Origin: Bdellovibrionales bacterium
GTDB lineage: Bacteria; Bdellovibrionota; Bdellovibrionia; Bdellovibrionales; JAMPXM01
Reading direction: 5' to 3'
NCBI GenBank assembly: GCA_043739185.1
Contig: JAYUEN010000053.1
Span: forward strand, 1 to 59,615
DNA: 59,615 nucleotides
This document shows positions 18,951 to 30,900 of the stretch, piece after piece. Position numbers and translations under genes: made by a program. The first letter of the stretch is position 1, and every line of letters starts with the position of its first letter. Below the pieces are notes generated by a model. The model was not told where the DNA came from. It saw only the letters and a program-made list of their open reading frames with translations, and made no database searches.

Positions 18951-20854
18951 AGGCTCCTCCTCATGTCTCGCGAATTTTGCGCCCAATTAAAATAACATTC
19001 GCCAACAAATCCCATCGATAAGATGAGTGCTGGCTCTCCGTTTCCGAGAACGCCAACTGCAGTAAATCCTGGAAGTCTCGATAAGTGATCACTTAAGGGA
19101 CGAACCACAATTTGCTGCTGCGACACGATTTCATCAATGCAAAAGGCAACATGTGATCGATCTTTTAATCGAATCAAAATTGCAATTAAATCCTTCGCTT
19201 CTGAATCGACAGCTGGAGACGGCGTTCCTAAATAGTCGGCAAGTCTTTCAATGGGTACCATTTTGTCATGTAAACGAATGGCGGGTCGTCCTGATGCAAG
19301 TCGAACCAAGCTTGATGCTTTGATTTCAAGAATCTCTCTTACGTCCTGAGTTGGTACGATATACGTTGCCTGATTGATTTTGAAAATCAATGAATCAACA
19401 ATTTCAAGGGAGGTCGGAAGTGTAATATGAAAACCAGTGCCGGCGCCGACGCGAGTGGTGATTTCAATGGTGCCGCCGATTTCTTGAATGGACTGCTGTA
19501 CGACGTCCATGCCAACCCCGCGGCCTGAAATTTCAGTTATCGAATTCTTAGTTGAAAATCCGGGCTCAAAAATGAATTTGATCAACTCACTCTCACTAAT
19601 TTTTTGACCTTCAAATAAGAGTCCCTTTTCTTTTGCCTTAGATAAAATCTCTTCTGGATCAATGCCTCTGCCGTCATCTTCAATGTCAATAATGACTTGT
19701 CCTGAATCTTGCGAAGCGGTGACTGAAACCACTGCAGGCACGCTCTTGTTTTTTGCAATTCTTTCTTCTTCGGACTCAACCCCGTGATCAATTGCATTTC
19801 GAATGAGGTGAATGAGTGGATCTGTCATTCTTTCAATGACGGTTTTATCCATTAAAATATTGGCGCCATCCATTTTGAGTGTGACTTTTTTTTCAAGCTC
19901 TCTTGCAAGATCACGCGAAGATCTTTCAACTCTCTGAAAGAGTCCGTCAATTGGCTGCATTCGAAGACCTAAGATCATTTCTTGTAAATCTTTAATGGTT
20001 TTTTGATTCAGGCTGATTGCATTTTGACAAACGCTATTGTCGAGACTGCCCATTTGATGATTGTGCCAAAGAATAGATTGTTGAATCGATAATTCGCCAA
20101 TGAGCTGCATAATTTCATCAATTTTATTCGAAGCGATTTTAAGATTGCCCGTCGGACGCTTCTTCTTAGTCTGTTGAATTCTCTTTTTAATATTGTCATC
20201 AAAAGCATAGATTTCAGGCTTTATCGGATCATATTTTGTTGTATAGTTTGGTACTGGTAACGGGGGCGCAATGGATTCCGTGGGCGCTAAACTCACTTCT
20301 TGGGTTTGAATGGGAACAAGTTTCGGAGGCGGAGCTGCGGAGGCTGAAAGCGCTTGAACGCCTGCGCGATTTTGTTTCATTTTCATGAGATCGGCGATAC
20401 TAGGAAGAGCCGCGGCCATTTGGTTTGGTGCCTCGGCAGTTACTTGCGTTTCTGCTGGCGCGTCTCCTAAACCGTAAATAAGGGCTTGAATCTCAGCAAC
20501 GATGAACTCATTGGTTGGTACAAACTGAGGATTGCTACGCAGAGCTTCGACCCATTCGCTTAAATGTTTGTGGATTCGCAAAAGTAAATCCGTTACTGAA
20601 GAGTCCATACTGCTGGGTTGCATTCGTAAGCGTCCCAATAAATCTTCAAGTGAATGAATAAAGGTGCCAAATTCATTTAGGCCATATACGCGGCTCGCTC
20701 CCTTAATATTATGGGCGTAGCGAAACATATCATTGAGTTCGGCGCGCGGATTGGAAATGTCAAGGCGAAGACAGCGACTCTCAAAATCAGACAAGGTATC
20801 GTCGATTTCGTCTAATAGCATTCTAAACATTTGAGAAGGATCAGAAGTAGACAT
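18947..20854 (-). CDS. cheA: Chemotaxis histidine kinase CheA
   Basis: Hpt RYAHNIKG, HLIRNAIDHG, DDGRGID, FEPGFST, GRGVGMDVV, C-terminal CheW-like domain. Confidence 0.95.
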   Translation of the reverse strand: MSTSDPSQMFRMLLDEIDDTLSDFESRCLRLDISNPRAELNDMFRYAHNIKGASRVYGLNEFGTFIHSLEDLLGRLRMQPSSMDSSVTDLLLRIHKHLSEWVEALRSNPQFVPTNEFIVAEIQALIYGLGDAPAETQVTAEAPNQMAAALPSIADLMKMKQNRAGVQALSASAAPPPKLVPIQTQEVSLAPTESIAPPLPVPNYTTKYDPIKPEIYAFDDNIKKRIQQTKKKRPTGNLKIASNKIDEIMQLIGELSIQQSILWHNHQMGSLDNSVCQNAISLNQKTIKDLQEMILGLRMQPIDGLFQRVERSSRDLARELEKKVTLKMDGANILMDKTVIERMTDPLIHLIRNAIDHGVESEEERIAKNKSVPAVVSVTASQDSGQVIIDIEDDGRGIDPEEILSKAKEKGLLFEGQKISESELIKFIFEPGFSTKNSITEISGRGVGMDVVQQSIQEIGGTIEITTRVGAGTGFHITLPTSLEIVDSLIFKINQATYIVPTQDVREILEIKASSLVRLASGRPAIRLHDKMVPIERLADYLGTPSPAVDSEAKDLIAILIRLKDRSHVAFCIDEIVSQQQIVVRPLSDHLSRLPGFTAVGVLGNGEPALILSMGFVGECYFNWAQNSRDMRRSL

Positions 20855-20880
20855 TTTTTATCCTATCCATTTCACAATTC

Positions 20881-22464
20881 TTATGAAGCTTCGTCTTTTT
20901 GATGGCGTCTTTGAACTCTGCCATCATCTTTGTCTTCTTGATCCGTATGAGATTTTGCCATGCCGACAATTTTCCTGACGAGATCATCGTCACCCGCCGT
21001 ATCTAAATTGGCGCGCGGACTTTTCTTTTTATTTGGAGCGTGATTTTCCTCTTTTAGAGTATGCATATTTTGAAATTCAAAATTTTCATTGTCTGACTTT
21101 TGACCAAGAATACTTTCAGAGATCGAACGCGCGATTGCGTGCAGACTTCGGGTTTCATCCTTCAAGATATAAGCAGCACTGCTTGATTTCTGCGCCACTT
21201 GATTATTGATTTCGGTGGTTTTACTGAGCTCTCTCATGGCGTGCGTGGTTTGTGCCACACCTAATTCTTGTTCTCGAGAGGCCGTTGTAATATTGTCAAC
21301 TCTTGAAGCAATCGAATCAATTTCACGAGAAATATCTTTGAAATTTCGTAGCGCTTGCTCGGTGACTTGTCGCCCTACCTGAACACGCTCGGAAGTATTT
21401 TTGACAATTTCATTTACTTGTCTTTCGCTATCCAACAAGATGCTGCCAATTTCCTGAGAAGCTTTACCGCTCATTTTAGCTAAGTTTCCCACTTCTTCTG
21501 CAACAACCGCAAAGCCGCGACCATGTTGGCCCGCACGCGCGGCCTCAATCGACGCATTGAATGAAAGAAGCTGTGTTTTGAAAACGATGTCGTTGATGAC
21601 ATTTGTTTTTGAAGTGATTTCTTGAATCATATTGACCATGCTCTTAAGCTGTTCATTGGCGTGGTGAACACTGGTCATAGCGTCAACCATTTGATTCATG
21701 ATATTCATACCGTTGTTCGCAGTTTGAGTCATGCTCTGCATAACTTCTTGTGATTGTTTTGAATACTCTGAGGTTTGATTCAAGGTACTCGACATTTCAG
21801 CCATTGCCGAAGTGGTTTCTTGAACGACCTCTGCTTGTTGATTCACGCCGATTGAAAGCGACTCACTGAATTTAGAAATATCTTTTGAGGTATCAGATAA
21901 TACTTGGGTCGTTTTAGATAGATTAAGAAAAGATCTATTTAGAGGACCAATGACATTTCGACAAACAGATAAAATTGCTGTTGAAAGAATGAGCTGAACA
22001 AAAAATCCGTAAACGCAAGCTATGGTCAAAGCCTGCCAAAAGGCACGATTGATTGATTCCATACTATAGCTTACGGTCACATGGCCTTCATAAAGGCCGG
22101 CAGAGTCGTGAATGGCATTGTCAATTGTAATATTGTCTCGAGACTGGGCCATCATCATTCGCTCATTTAAGAGACGATTATTTTTATCATAAAATAGTGC
22201 TGTTTGAATTTCTGAATCCAAGTGCTTTGCGTAGTTAAATAAAAAGCCTTCGTCTTTGGTTCCAATAAAGTGCTCACCAATTTGTACAAGCAATTTTGAA
22301 ATCACTTCGGCCTTTGAGCGCGTGGCCGCTTCGGCCGCATTTTTATGTTGAGCCGCCATGGTCAAAGCAAATCCTAACATAAGCACGGTTGAAATGACGT
22401 TGACCGGCCAGAGCAAACGGACGATCAAAGACCGATGTTTGAGTAAAATTAAATTTTTGATCAT
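20881..22464 (-). CDS. Methyl-accepting chemotaxis protein
   Basis: Two TM helices; signalling tip [30 protein letters not shown]. Confidence 0.95.
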   Translation of the reverse strand: MIKNLILLKHRSLIVRLLWPVNVISTVLMLGFALTMAAQHKNAAEAATRSKAEVISKLLVQIGEHFIGTKDEGFLFNYAKHLDSEIQTALFYDKNNRLLNERMMMAQSRDNITIDNAIHDSAGLYEGHVTVSYSMESINRAFWQALTIACVYGFFVQLILSTAILSVCRNVIGPLNRSFLNLSKTTQVLSDTSKDISKFSESLSIGVNQQAEVVQETTSAMAEMSSTLNQTSEYSKQSQEVMQSMTQTANNGMNIMNQMVDAMTSVHHANEQLKSMVNMIQEITSKTNVINDIVFKTQLLSFNASIEAARAGQHGRGFAVVAEEVGNLAKMSGKASQEIGSILLDSERQVNEIVKNTSERVQVGRQVTEQALRNFKDISREIDSIASRVDNITTASREQELGVAQTTHAMRELSKTTEINNQVAQKSSSAAYILKDETRSLHAIARSISESILGQKSDNENFEFQNMHTLKEENHAPNKKKSPRANLDTAGDDDLVRKIVGMAKSHTDQEDKDDGRVQRRHQKDEAS

Positions 22465-22505
22465 AGGTATTTAACCTCATTAGAAATGTTAAAATCTCAT
22501 TTTAG

Positions 22506-22532
22506 TATTCGGAACTCCCGCGACTAAACTCA
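22506..22532 (-). promoter_or_regulatory. FliA-type promoter for the MCP-che operon
   Basis: Minus strand TGAG-N15-TCCGAATA. Confidence 0.45.
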
Positions 22533-22673
22533 AAGTTCACATGGTCTTGAATTGAAAACTAGACCTAGTTGAGTGCCTAGACTCTGAAGACCAAAGTATA
22601 ATCTTGAAAAAGCCCTCAAGTTGAACGCCTATTATTACGAAAAAGAAAGAGTATGTCACACGGAGGACTTCAA

Positions 22674-23075
22674 ATGTCAGTTACTCGAATTCTCATAGTT
22701 GATGATTTTGTGATGATAAGAAGTTTACTAAAGACCTCTTTAGCCAATCTAGGTTTTAAAAACGTGGATGAAGCGCGCGACGGCGTTGAGGCCTACAACA
22801 AAATAGCAAATGCCTTCGTAAACCAAAACCCTTATCAGGTTGTTTTCTTAGACTGGAATATGCCAAATATGACGGGGCTTGAAGTGATTCAAAAGTGTCG
22901 GGCGCAAGCTGAACTCAATGAATTGCACTTCATCATGATTTCTGCTGAACAAGAAGAAAAGAAAATGAAACAAGCTCTCGATGCCGGCGCCAATGACTTC
23001 ATAGTGAAGCCGTTTTCGCCACAAGTATTAGTTAAAAAAATTGAGGCCATAATTCAGGCCAAAAAAACCGCTTAG
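22674..23075 (+). CDS. cheY: CheY-like response regulator
   Basis: ILIVDD, FLDWNMPNMTG, FIVKPF; ATG 22674 after GGAGG. Confidence 0.9.
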   Translation: MSVTRILIVDDFVMIRSLLKTSLANLGFKNVDEARDGVEAYNKIANAFVNQNPYQVVFLDWNMPNMTGLEVIQKCRAQAELNELHFIMISAEQEEKKMKQALDAGANDFIVKPFSPQVLVKKIEAIIQAKKTA

Positions 23076-23100
23076 TTGAAATCAATTTGGAGCCATTCAA

Positions 23101-23649
23101 ATGAGCGGTCCAGTCATAAAACTAAATGATGATACATATGCTAAGATGGAACAAGCCATACAAGAGACCTTTTCTCTTGTATTGGGACTCAACCTACAGC
23201 GCACCGATTTTTATCTTGGCTCAGTTAAGAATCCTCCGAAACATATTTCTGGCTATAGCGTATTAAAAAACCCCATGACCCGAGGTATATTTAGCATTGG
23301 TTTCCCGCCTGAAACTGCATTTCGAATTTTTTCGAGCTTTTATGGTGCGGCGATTGATCAGATCGACGATCGAGTCATAGAGGGCATTGGCGAATTAACC
23401 AATATGATTTATGGTTGTTTGAAAAAGCAATTCAATGACGAAGGCTTTGATTTAGAAATGTATGTCCCTTATGTTTTGGTGCAAGATAAATTTTGCGACT
23501 TTTCTGATTTCGGACCAGGAAAGGCAGTCACGCTCCATTTCGGTACGAGTGTCGGCGCTTTCTGGGTAGAGCTCAAGCTTAACAAAAAAATAAAGAGCAA
23601 AAAACCAAAACCAGCAAAGCTTTCTTCCCAACGAAAAAAAGCCGCCTAA
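23101..23649 (+). CDS. cheX: CheX-family phosphatase
   Basis: EGIGELTNMIYG (ExxN) motif; adjacent to cheY. Confidence 0.8.
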   Translation: MSGPVIKLNDDTYAKMEQAIQETFSLVLGLNLQRTDFYLGSVKNPPKHISGYSVLKNPMTRGIFSIGFPPETAFRIFSSFYGAAIDQIDDRVIEGIGELTNMIYGCLKKQFNDEGFDLEMYVPYVLVQDKFCDFSDFGPGKAVTLHFGTSVGAFWVELKLNKKIKSKKPKPAKLSSQRKKAA

Positions 23650-23664
23650 TTGCAAGCGCTAGCT

Positions 23665-23988
23665 TTACTCCAAATATTCAATTCCGATTTCATTTACCTT
23701 ACTTGAATGTTTTTTTATCCATCGCACTTGGGCTCGCATTGTAGCCAAATTCCCAGGTTTGATTTTGAACTCTAAGTCTTTTTTGAAATGGGCATCTGCT
23801 CTCATCACGATATAGGCTCCGCGATAAGACTCTTCAATAATTAGCGCCGTGTATTCTGGATTGAATGTTTTCTCTGAAGTTTTCAAATCAATATAGGCAA
23901 AGGCAGCCAAGTCCGGAGGGAATCTCACACTTTTGCGCCTACTCGGTTTTTTGACTTGAGACTCTTTCGTAGCTTTAGACTTCGACAT
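23665..23988 (-). CDS. PilZ-domain protein
   Basis: RRKSVRF (RxxxR), EESYRG, AQVRW, IGIEY; ATG 23988 after GGAGG. Confidence 0.75.
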   Translation of the reverse strand: MSKSKATKESQVKKPSRRKSVRFPPDLAAFAYIDLKTSEKTFNPEYTALIIEESYRGAYIVMRADAHFKKDLEFKIKPGNLATMRAQVRWIKKHSSKVNEIGIEYLE

Positions 23989-24067
23989 TTGTGCCTCCGG
24001 TGATTCGCGGTGAGCATTTATTATTCTACAGCCCTCGAATTTTGGCAACAGGGCTAAAATATGGGGC

Positions 24068-24083
24068 TGGCTCATTTCTTGAA
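24068..24083 (+). promoter_or_regulatory. sigma54-like promoter (GA variant) upstream of the large operon
   Basis: TGGCTCATTTCTTGAA = GG-N10-GA, about 35 nt before AGAGG-ATG 24119. Confidence 0.4.
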
Positions 24084-24118
24084 ATTTCAATTCATTGAAG
24101 ACGAACAAAGAGGTTTTT

Positions 24119-27100
24119 ATGACATCTGGCGATCTGAGGTTGAAGTTAAATCAATTATTCGAGGGCTCTCAGGCCTCAAATCATTCCTGTCGCTTATGGA
24201 AGCGGTCTAAGGTGCCTAGTTCTGTAGTCGCTTGTCAAAAATATCGACAGCAATTTCGAGCATTAAAAGGACCTAAGTTTGATCTTGGCTTTTCTAGTGA
24301 GAAAAAATCAGCGGTTTTTGTTAACACGATATTTGCCTTTGTGGTTTTGGCTCTCATCACCTCTTGTACATATAAATCACCGGCTGTCGAAACACCTGTT
24401 CCGACTGAAAGTGCTATAGCTAAATCTTTTTTTGTTAATATAAAGCGCGATGCAAACGCTCAAGCAACAAGTAAGACTACAACCAGTGCAAAGAGTTTTC
24501 TCTGTGGTTGGGCTAGCGAAGTTGAAGCCGGAGTAGCGCAGTATTATTTTGAAAATAATGTGGTCAACACCAGCCATTGCAATATCGTTTTTGAAATTAC
24601 CGAAAACCAACTGGTAGGAAAAATGATCAATCCATCTTTTCCTTCTGATCAAAGTCGTTGGGAAGTGGCGGTTACGATTCCGATTAAGTCCCACTATTAC
24701 TTAGAAAATGAAAAGGATTCAAACGGACAAGACACTAAAAAAATTATTAAGAACTCGAGTCGCAGCCATTGGTCTGCACGTCCCAATATGGATCTTGATT
24801 TGAACGGAATTAATTTGAGTCGTTATTGGTCAAGCCCGGTTAGTGACGATGGTAGTGGCGGTGGTACTTTAGGCGTCGATCAAGTAGAGTGGGATACAAA
24901 AAATAATTTTCTCGGATTCACAATTAATAAATCCGTAACCGGATCAAGTTATTCAAAAATTCGCGTGAACTTTTTGGCTTTTGATCACAATGAATCTTTT
25001 AAATCAACACCCTTTAAAGAGCAAAATTATCGCAAACTAAATGTACTTCATATAATTGGTGAGAAGGTCAATGGAGTCTACCAAATCCTTCGCGCCGCAC
25101 ATTGGGACCTTTCAAAGCAACATTTGATCAGGCTTTGGGGTTTCCCTGAAGAGTATAAGGCGATCGCGAAAGAAGTCATATCAGATTGGAATCAAAGTTT
25201 AGTTGAAATGGGAGCAACAAAAGGCAACTCCGAACCCTTTAAAATTGATGAAACCACAACTGAACATGCTTTTGATTTGCGCTATCCGACCATTGCCTGG
25301 ATCGCAGATGAAAAAATTTCTTTGGTCGCGCCACTCGGGGTTGGTGAAGCTCTTGCCGATGTCAGAAATGGTGAAATGAAGTGGGGAATGATCACCTTAT
25401 ACGGTGGCTTTATTGAGAAATATATTAAAATGTTCAGCCCAGGTTCAAATATTTCTTCATTTAAAGCAATGCTCGGACAAAATTTACTAGGAGCTGGAAG
25501 TAAGGCTCCCGCGCAATTGGGCATTCCTCAGGGCCTACAAAATATTGCTTCGCTGTCATTAATGGCAACCAATTCAGATCGCGTGAATGAGGGACTTAAT
25601 AATATGTCCCAGACTATGCTTACCGCGATAGTCAATAAATCTAAAAAAGAAGGTCGCACTTTAAATCTTGAAAATGAAAAATTATCCCTTAAAGCAGATC
25701 AATTTCAAAAATTATTTACTGAGGTTATCAAAAAAGCGCAAAGCCTTTCAAGCCAGTCTCAGCAAGAGATGGCGACCATGGGCTATTTGGAGCATTTGAG
25801 AAATTCTCTATTCATGGGTGTTGATTTTTTAAAGAAAGTGAATTCAAAAGACGCCAAGGTCAATGCCAAAGAAGACAAGGTGAGTTTAATTGAACAAATG
25901 AGCGCCAAATATTCGGGATCACGCTTTTGTGCAGACCGCACATTCGCAGATGTCGCCGCCGGATGGGCACAGGCAGCCAGTGAGGCTTCGAAAAAAGGAA
26001 TTGCTGAAGATCAACGAGTTCTTCACCATGTTATTAAAGAATTGATCACTCATGAGTACGGGCACTTCTTAGGCCTTGGTCATCAATTCAAATCAAATAT
26101 TTTACCAAATCCAGATGAAGTTCCACCCTCCGTTTACAAAGCTCTGAAAGAACGGGCCACTGAAGAAAATAGTTATACCAATTATACTTCAGTTATGGGT
26201 TATCGTGCTCCTGAAACAGAGGTTGCCGATACCGTCGATGTGAAGCCTGGTCCGCATGACAAATTGGCCTTGGCTTATCTTTATAATCAACAATATCCTA
26301 TTTACAAAAAGGGAGACGATAAATTCTCTTTTAATTCCTTGCCTGCAAACGGCATCATCCCAGATTTTGCGCCCGATAAGCCGGGTTATAAGACCGCATA
26401 TTTTCCACAGTGTAATGATCTAGACGCCAGCTTATCAATGGACCCCTATTGCAATCGCTTCGCGCGCGGAGTAGAGGCGACCAGCATTGTTAAAAATTAT
26501 TTTAAGGATTTGAAAGCCAATCTTGTTCAAAATTTAATTGCATTTACCGATGCTCATGGTGGCTGCGCTGAATGTGTCGAAAGTCATCTGTGGTACAAAT
26601 CATTTAAAACTCTTGGTCGGACCAGATTGTTTTATGATTATATGAGACTCACTTATAAAGCGGACTTTGAAGAGCTCGCTGGTGACGAAGATGCCTTAAT
26701 GAATTTTTCAAAAGTTTGCAACGCAGGAACACCCGAGGGTGTGAGTCTGGTCTCACTTGATCTTACCGATAAATCGGTTATTCGATTACAAGAACTCTTT
26801 GCCAATAAGCCAGAGCTTAAAGAACTTTGTCGAGCCAATGCCATGGTGTTAGCTGAAATCAAGGATCTGGTATCTTTGAATGCCGTCGATTATACAAAGA
26901 AGGATGTTTCAGGTCGCTTCTCACCGGGCGGGATGAGCGGTGGAGACACCGATCGTGACTACAGTCGAATTTTTGGCTCTTGGACTGAAATGTCAGCCTT
27001 ACCTCTTAAGACAGCAAGTCTATATGCACTAGTCACTGGATATCCTTGGATGACTGAATATGGAATGGCAGGGGTCCCGATTTTTGATGATCCAAATTTG

Positions 27101-27946
27101 AAATTTTCATATAGCTCAGTTTATCCAAGTGAATATATTGAAATACTAGCCGCCAATACCACTAGTAATTTAAAGTTTGCTAACTTTGGACAGAACGAAC
27201 GCACCAATATGGGCGCCTCGGTTTTGGCAATGAGCTGGCTGAACAATTTGTCGGTCGTGGGAAATAACGATGCCAATATTTTTTCTCAAAGATATGTCAA
27301 TCGCATCCGTGCTCAACAAAAGTTTGACTTTGGAATTGTTGCCGTTATTTTGAAGGGGCATAAGTCAGATACGAATATTGGTTTTGTTGATACCTTTCAG
27401 GGTTCGGTTTTTGATTTTTCGACCAATAAGAGTTTGCCGACAACCGATTCCTATCTCTTGCCAGGCGGACAGATTTTTGTAGATGCTCCTGAAATGTTTT
27501 TATACCCAGTGACTCCCTTCGTGCCGATTTCAGATACCGAAGGCTATGTTATTGCCTATAAGCTTACCAATTCGCCAGACCCCACTGATCCTTTCTCAAG
27601 TATGGGAGTGAAATCGCGACTCAGTGGCCTCAATGATCGTCTGATCAATGCTTGCCTTAACGGAACATCTAAGAATGGCTTGGGCCAAATTTTTGATGCC
27701 AGCAATCCTGGCTTCAAGGGTTTTAAGATGGGATTACGGGTTGCGGTAGATCAAACTGATCGCAAAGAATTTTTCGATTCAGTAGATCAGGCCTTTCATG
27801 CCACTTATAAAATCGGCGATCGAGAAATCAAACCAAATGAAAATATTTGTTATGAATCGATCAAAGGCATGGGACTGATCATGTCTTCGGCTGCGATCAT
27901 GAGTGGGTTTTGGTTGCCTGAAACTATGGATTATATACAGAAATGA
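24119..27946 (+). CDS. Giant zinc-dependent metalloprotease lipoprotein (metzincin, EcxA/DUF4953-like)
   Basis: HEYGHFLGLGH, YTSVMGY Met-turn, PGPHDKLALAYLY, CND...DPYCNRF; ITSC lipobox. Start position uncertain. Confidence 0.85.
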   Translation: MTSGDLRLKLNQLFEGSQASNHSCRLWKRSKVPSSVVACQKYRQQFRALKGPKFDLGFSSEKKSAVFVNTIFAFVVLALITSCTYKSPAVETPVPTESAIAKSFFVNIKRDANAQATSKTTTSAKSFLCGWASEVEAGVAQYYFENNVVNTSHCNIVFEITENQLVGKMINPSFPSDQSRWEVAVTIPIKSHYYLENEKDSNGQDTKKIIKNSSRSHWSARPNMDLDLNGINLSRYWSSPVSDDGSGGGTLGVDQVEWDTKNNFLGFTINKSVTGSSYSKIRVNFLAFDHNESFKSTPFKEQNYRKLNVLHIIGEKVNGVYQILRAAHWDLSKQHLIRLWGFPEEYKAIAKEVISDWNQSLVEMGATKGNSEPFKIDETTTEHAFDLRYPTIAWIADEKISLVAPLGVGEALADVRNGEMKWGMITLYGGFIEKYIKMFSPGSNISSFKAMLGQNLLGAGSKAPAQLGIPQGLQNIASLSLMATNSDRVNEGLNNMSQTMLTAIVNKSKKEGRTLNLENEKLSLKADQFQKLFTEVIKKAQSLSSQSQQEMATMGYLEHLRNSLFMGVDFLKKVNSKDAKVNAKEDKVSLIEQMSAKYSGSRFCADRTFADVAAGWAQAASEASKKGIAEDQRVLHHVIKELITHEYGHFLGLGHQFKSNILPNPDEVPPSVYKALKERATEENSYTNYTSVMGYRAPETEVADTVDVKPGPHDKLALAYLYNQQYPIYKKGDDKFSFNSLPANGIIPDFAPDKPGYKTAYFPQCNDLDASLSMDPYCNRFARGVEATSIVKNYFKDLKANLVQNLIAFTDAHGGCAECVESHLWYKSFKTLGRTRLFYDYMRLTYKADFEELAGDEDALMNFSKVCNAGTPEGVSLVSLDLTDKSVIRLQELFANKPELKELCRANAMVLAEIKDLVSLNAVDYTKKDVSGRFSPGGMSGGDTDRDYSRIFGSWTEMSALPLKTASLYALVTGYPWMTEYGMAGVPIFDDPNLKFSYSSVYPSEYIEILAANTTSNLKFANFGQNERTNMGASVLAMSWLNNLSVVGNNDANIFSQRYVNRIRAQQKFDFGIVAVILKGHKSDTNIGFVDTFQGSVFDFSTNKSLPTTDSYLLPGGQIFVDAPEMFLYPVTPFVPISDTEGYVIAYKLTNSPDPTDPFSSMGVKSRLSGLNDRLINACLNGTSKNGLGQIFDASNPGFKGFKMGLRVAVDQTDRKEFFDSVDQAFHATYKIGDREIKPNENICYESIKGMGLIMSSAAIMSGFWLPETMDYIQK

Positions 27947-30900
27947 GTATGAAGATGAAAACACCAATTCGTTGCATTTTCACATTTTTTCTGACGATCG
28001 CAGCATCTGCTTGTCAATACAAACAAGAAGCGAGACTCCCAAATGAGCCGGCGGTTTCGAACTCGAAAACTGGCGCTGAGTTGGTGTCGCAAAAACTGGC
28101 GGGAGATGCTTCAGCTTTACAAAGTTTAAATTTGAAAGAAATTTACACGGCACTTTCAGCAGCAAAAAATCCTGCAGAGATGAACCAACAGCTAGATAAA
28201 CTTGAAGTCTATGCATTGGGCAAGGACTATGTCGAAAATTCAAGTGTCAATCGCTTAGAACCTATGCGCTTGATTTTGCAATACTATAATTTTGGACTCA
28301 TTCGCCTTCAGGAATTGAAGGCCGATGCCGGCCAAATTTCAATTCGATTGAAAAAATATACTGAAATTTTGAAATCTGGTTGCGATGAAAACTTAAAGAA
28401 ATGTCAGAACATTGAATATTTTAGAATGGATCATCGTTCAAGAAGAGTGATTTTGATGATGGTCGAAGAGTTAGATCAAAAGATTGGTGCTTGCACGGAT
28501 AGTACTTGTGGTCAAAAAATAAAAGAGTATTACGATAATTTGGCATTGGCTTTTGATGTGAATAACCTCACTCGTGATGCCGAAATGGAGTTTTTGTATA
28601 TCAAGCGGGCTCGCGAATACGGACTGCTCTTTAAAAGCGGTAAGGACTTTGCGCAAAACGCTGATTTCTTTCATCGTCATGGATTGGTATTTGAAAATAT
28701 TATATCTCATTATCCTGCCGATCAAAAGAGTACTCGCTTTTCAGATTTCGTAAAGGCATTTAAGCCCTGGAATTATTCGCGCTTAGACGCAGATCCATTT
28801 CCTTTTGGAATCCAAAAAATGTTCTCATTTGCTGCCTCTGAGTTTCTTTATTCCTCTGCTGACAATTCTCTAAACCCAGATTTCAAGGCCGCAATTGTTT
28901 CTTCACAAGACCAAGATGATAAAGCGGGGAGAAGTTTTTTGCACTCTTTGCAGGATTTGCAGGCCGATCAAAGCTCCAAAGCCATTTTCAAAAATCTAAA
29001 TTTCAACGTCGATGCCTACCAAGACGCCAGTGGCATGAGCGAATATTTTTTCATGATTGATCGTCTTTATCGCGGACATCTAGGCCGGGAAGAAGTGAGC
29101 AGCATCTGGCAGGGATCTAAAAAGGATCAAAAGGCCCTTTCAGATACTCTGAATTTTTATATACGGGTCGAATTTATAAAAATGATTGTGCTCACCAATA
29201 AATATATGTTGGGATATTTGAGCCAAACAGATATTCCGAACGATATTTTATTTGAACAAGTGATTCAAAAAAGTGAATCCCTAACAAAACAATGGGGACT
29301 CATGATCTCCCAAATGGACTCAGTCGCGTCCTTTGTTTCAGAACAGTTGAAAATCAATGGCGGAAAAGCCACAAAAGATTCGCTAAATGAATCTTTATTA
29401 CTTATTGCCAATGTGAAGAGAAATGCAAAATTTCTCTCGGTATATCCTAATATGTTACTCCTTGGTTATTTTATGATTGATCTAAAGGCTGATCTCAAAT
29501 TTAGCACTTGGTGGGGCGGCGAGATATCAATCAATCCTAAAGAGGTGATGAATGCGCTTTTAGATGGCGCCATCGGCTCACCTTGGTTTGTATATAGTGT
29601 CGACTCAAGTGCCCTGAGTAAGACTGAAATCATTTATGCATACTATTATGCGCTCAATACCGGGGCCTTTGAAACATTCTCAGTCAAGAAAGATGCAAAG
29701 AATAAGAATTCGCTCGATCGCATTTCATTCTTCAAGACCGCTTTAGAAAAAACTATGACCGAAGATGTCGACGTATTTACAAAAACACTCGAAGGCCTCG
29801 CTGACAAAGTTTCAAGTAACTCTAATTTTGCTTCTTTTATGGAGGCTTGCCAAAACGAGTCTGAGAATAAACAAGAATACAAGGTCAATATGCCTTTGAC
29901 CTCGCTTGAGAAATTTGCACTCTTCGGATCACGATCAACAGGATATTTGCAGTCCTCGGGTGACTTTTATATGTCAGGACCAATGAGTAGCATTTCAGAA
30001 AAAGATATCAGTCTTGAAAAACGCTTGGTTCAAGTGAAGTCCATGATGAAGATACTAAAATTAAATCTCAAGCAAAATCGCGACGGCGGAACCCTTGTAG
30101 ACGAACAACTTAAGGCAGTTCAGGCCACTATTGATGACATTGAAAATTTGAAAAAAGCGTTCCTCAAAGAAGTCGTCATTCAACATAAGAAGCTCTCTCA
30201 ATGTACCAATCGACTCAATTGGCTCGAACGCAAACGCGAATCTGCGTTGATGACACTTGAAATGCAGCATCTCGGAGGTATTTGGGATCAGTACGATACT
30301 AAGAAATTAACTGGAAGTGAATATGTCTATAGCAAATTCGATTTCTTAAAAAGATTTCAAGGATTTTCAGATACTTTGAAGCCAAAAGTTATATTTGAGG
30401 AGCCAGAAGTAGATGCGGCAAATAATTTGAAATTGAAACTCATACATATTCCGTTGGTCAATTCTGTTACCGGAAAACCAGCTTCGAGAGAAGAGTTCAT
30501 TGCTGATGGGATGAAGAAGTTGAGTTCGAAGTCCGCGCCAATGATTACCTGGTTTGACGAAACCGCTAGTATCACTCCTTGGCAAGAGAAAATTAATACC
30601 ATGGCGGCCATATATCGTATGCAGTTTGAATCCGGGATACAGGCGGATGTTGAAAATACCATTTCAGCAAAAGAGATTATTGCCGATACCTTTGAGCTGG
30701 CAAAATTTATTCAAATTCAAGACGACGAGATTCCTTGGCTAAAGGCAATGGGACTCAAGGATCGAATTCCCCGTGCGAATCTACAGGGATTCTTTTCGAC
30801 TGGATTGAAAAGCGACTACAAAGGCATTTTAGACAATGTTTACTCTAAGATGTTCGAATTGACTGCCGATCTTCCTCAAGATCTAGATGAGGCTAAGAAA

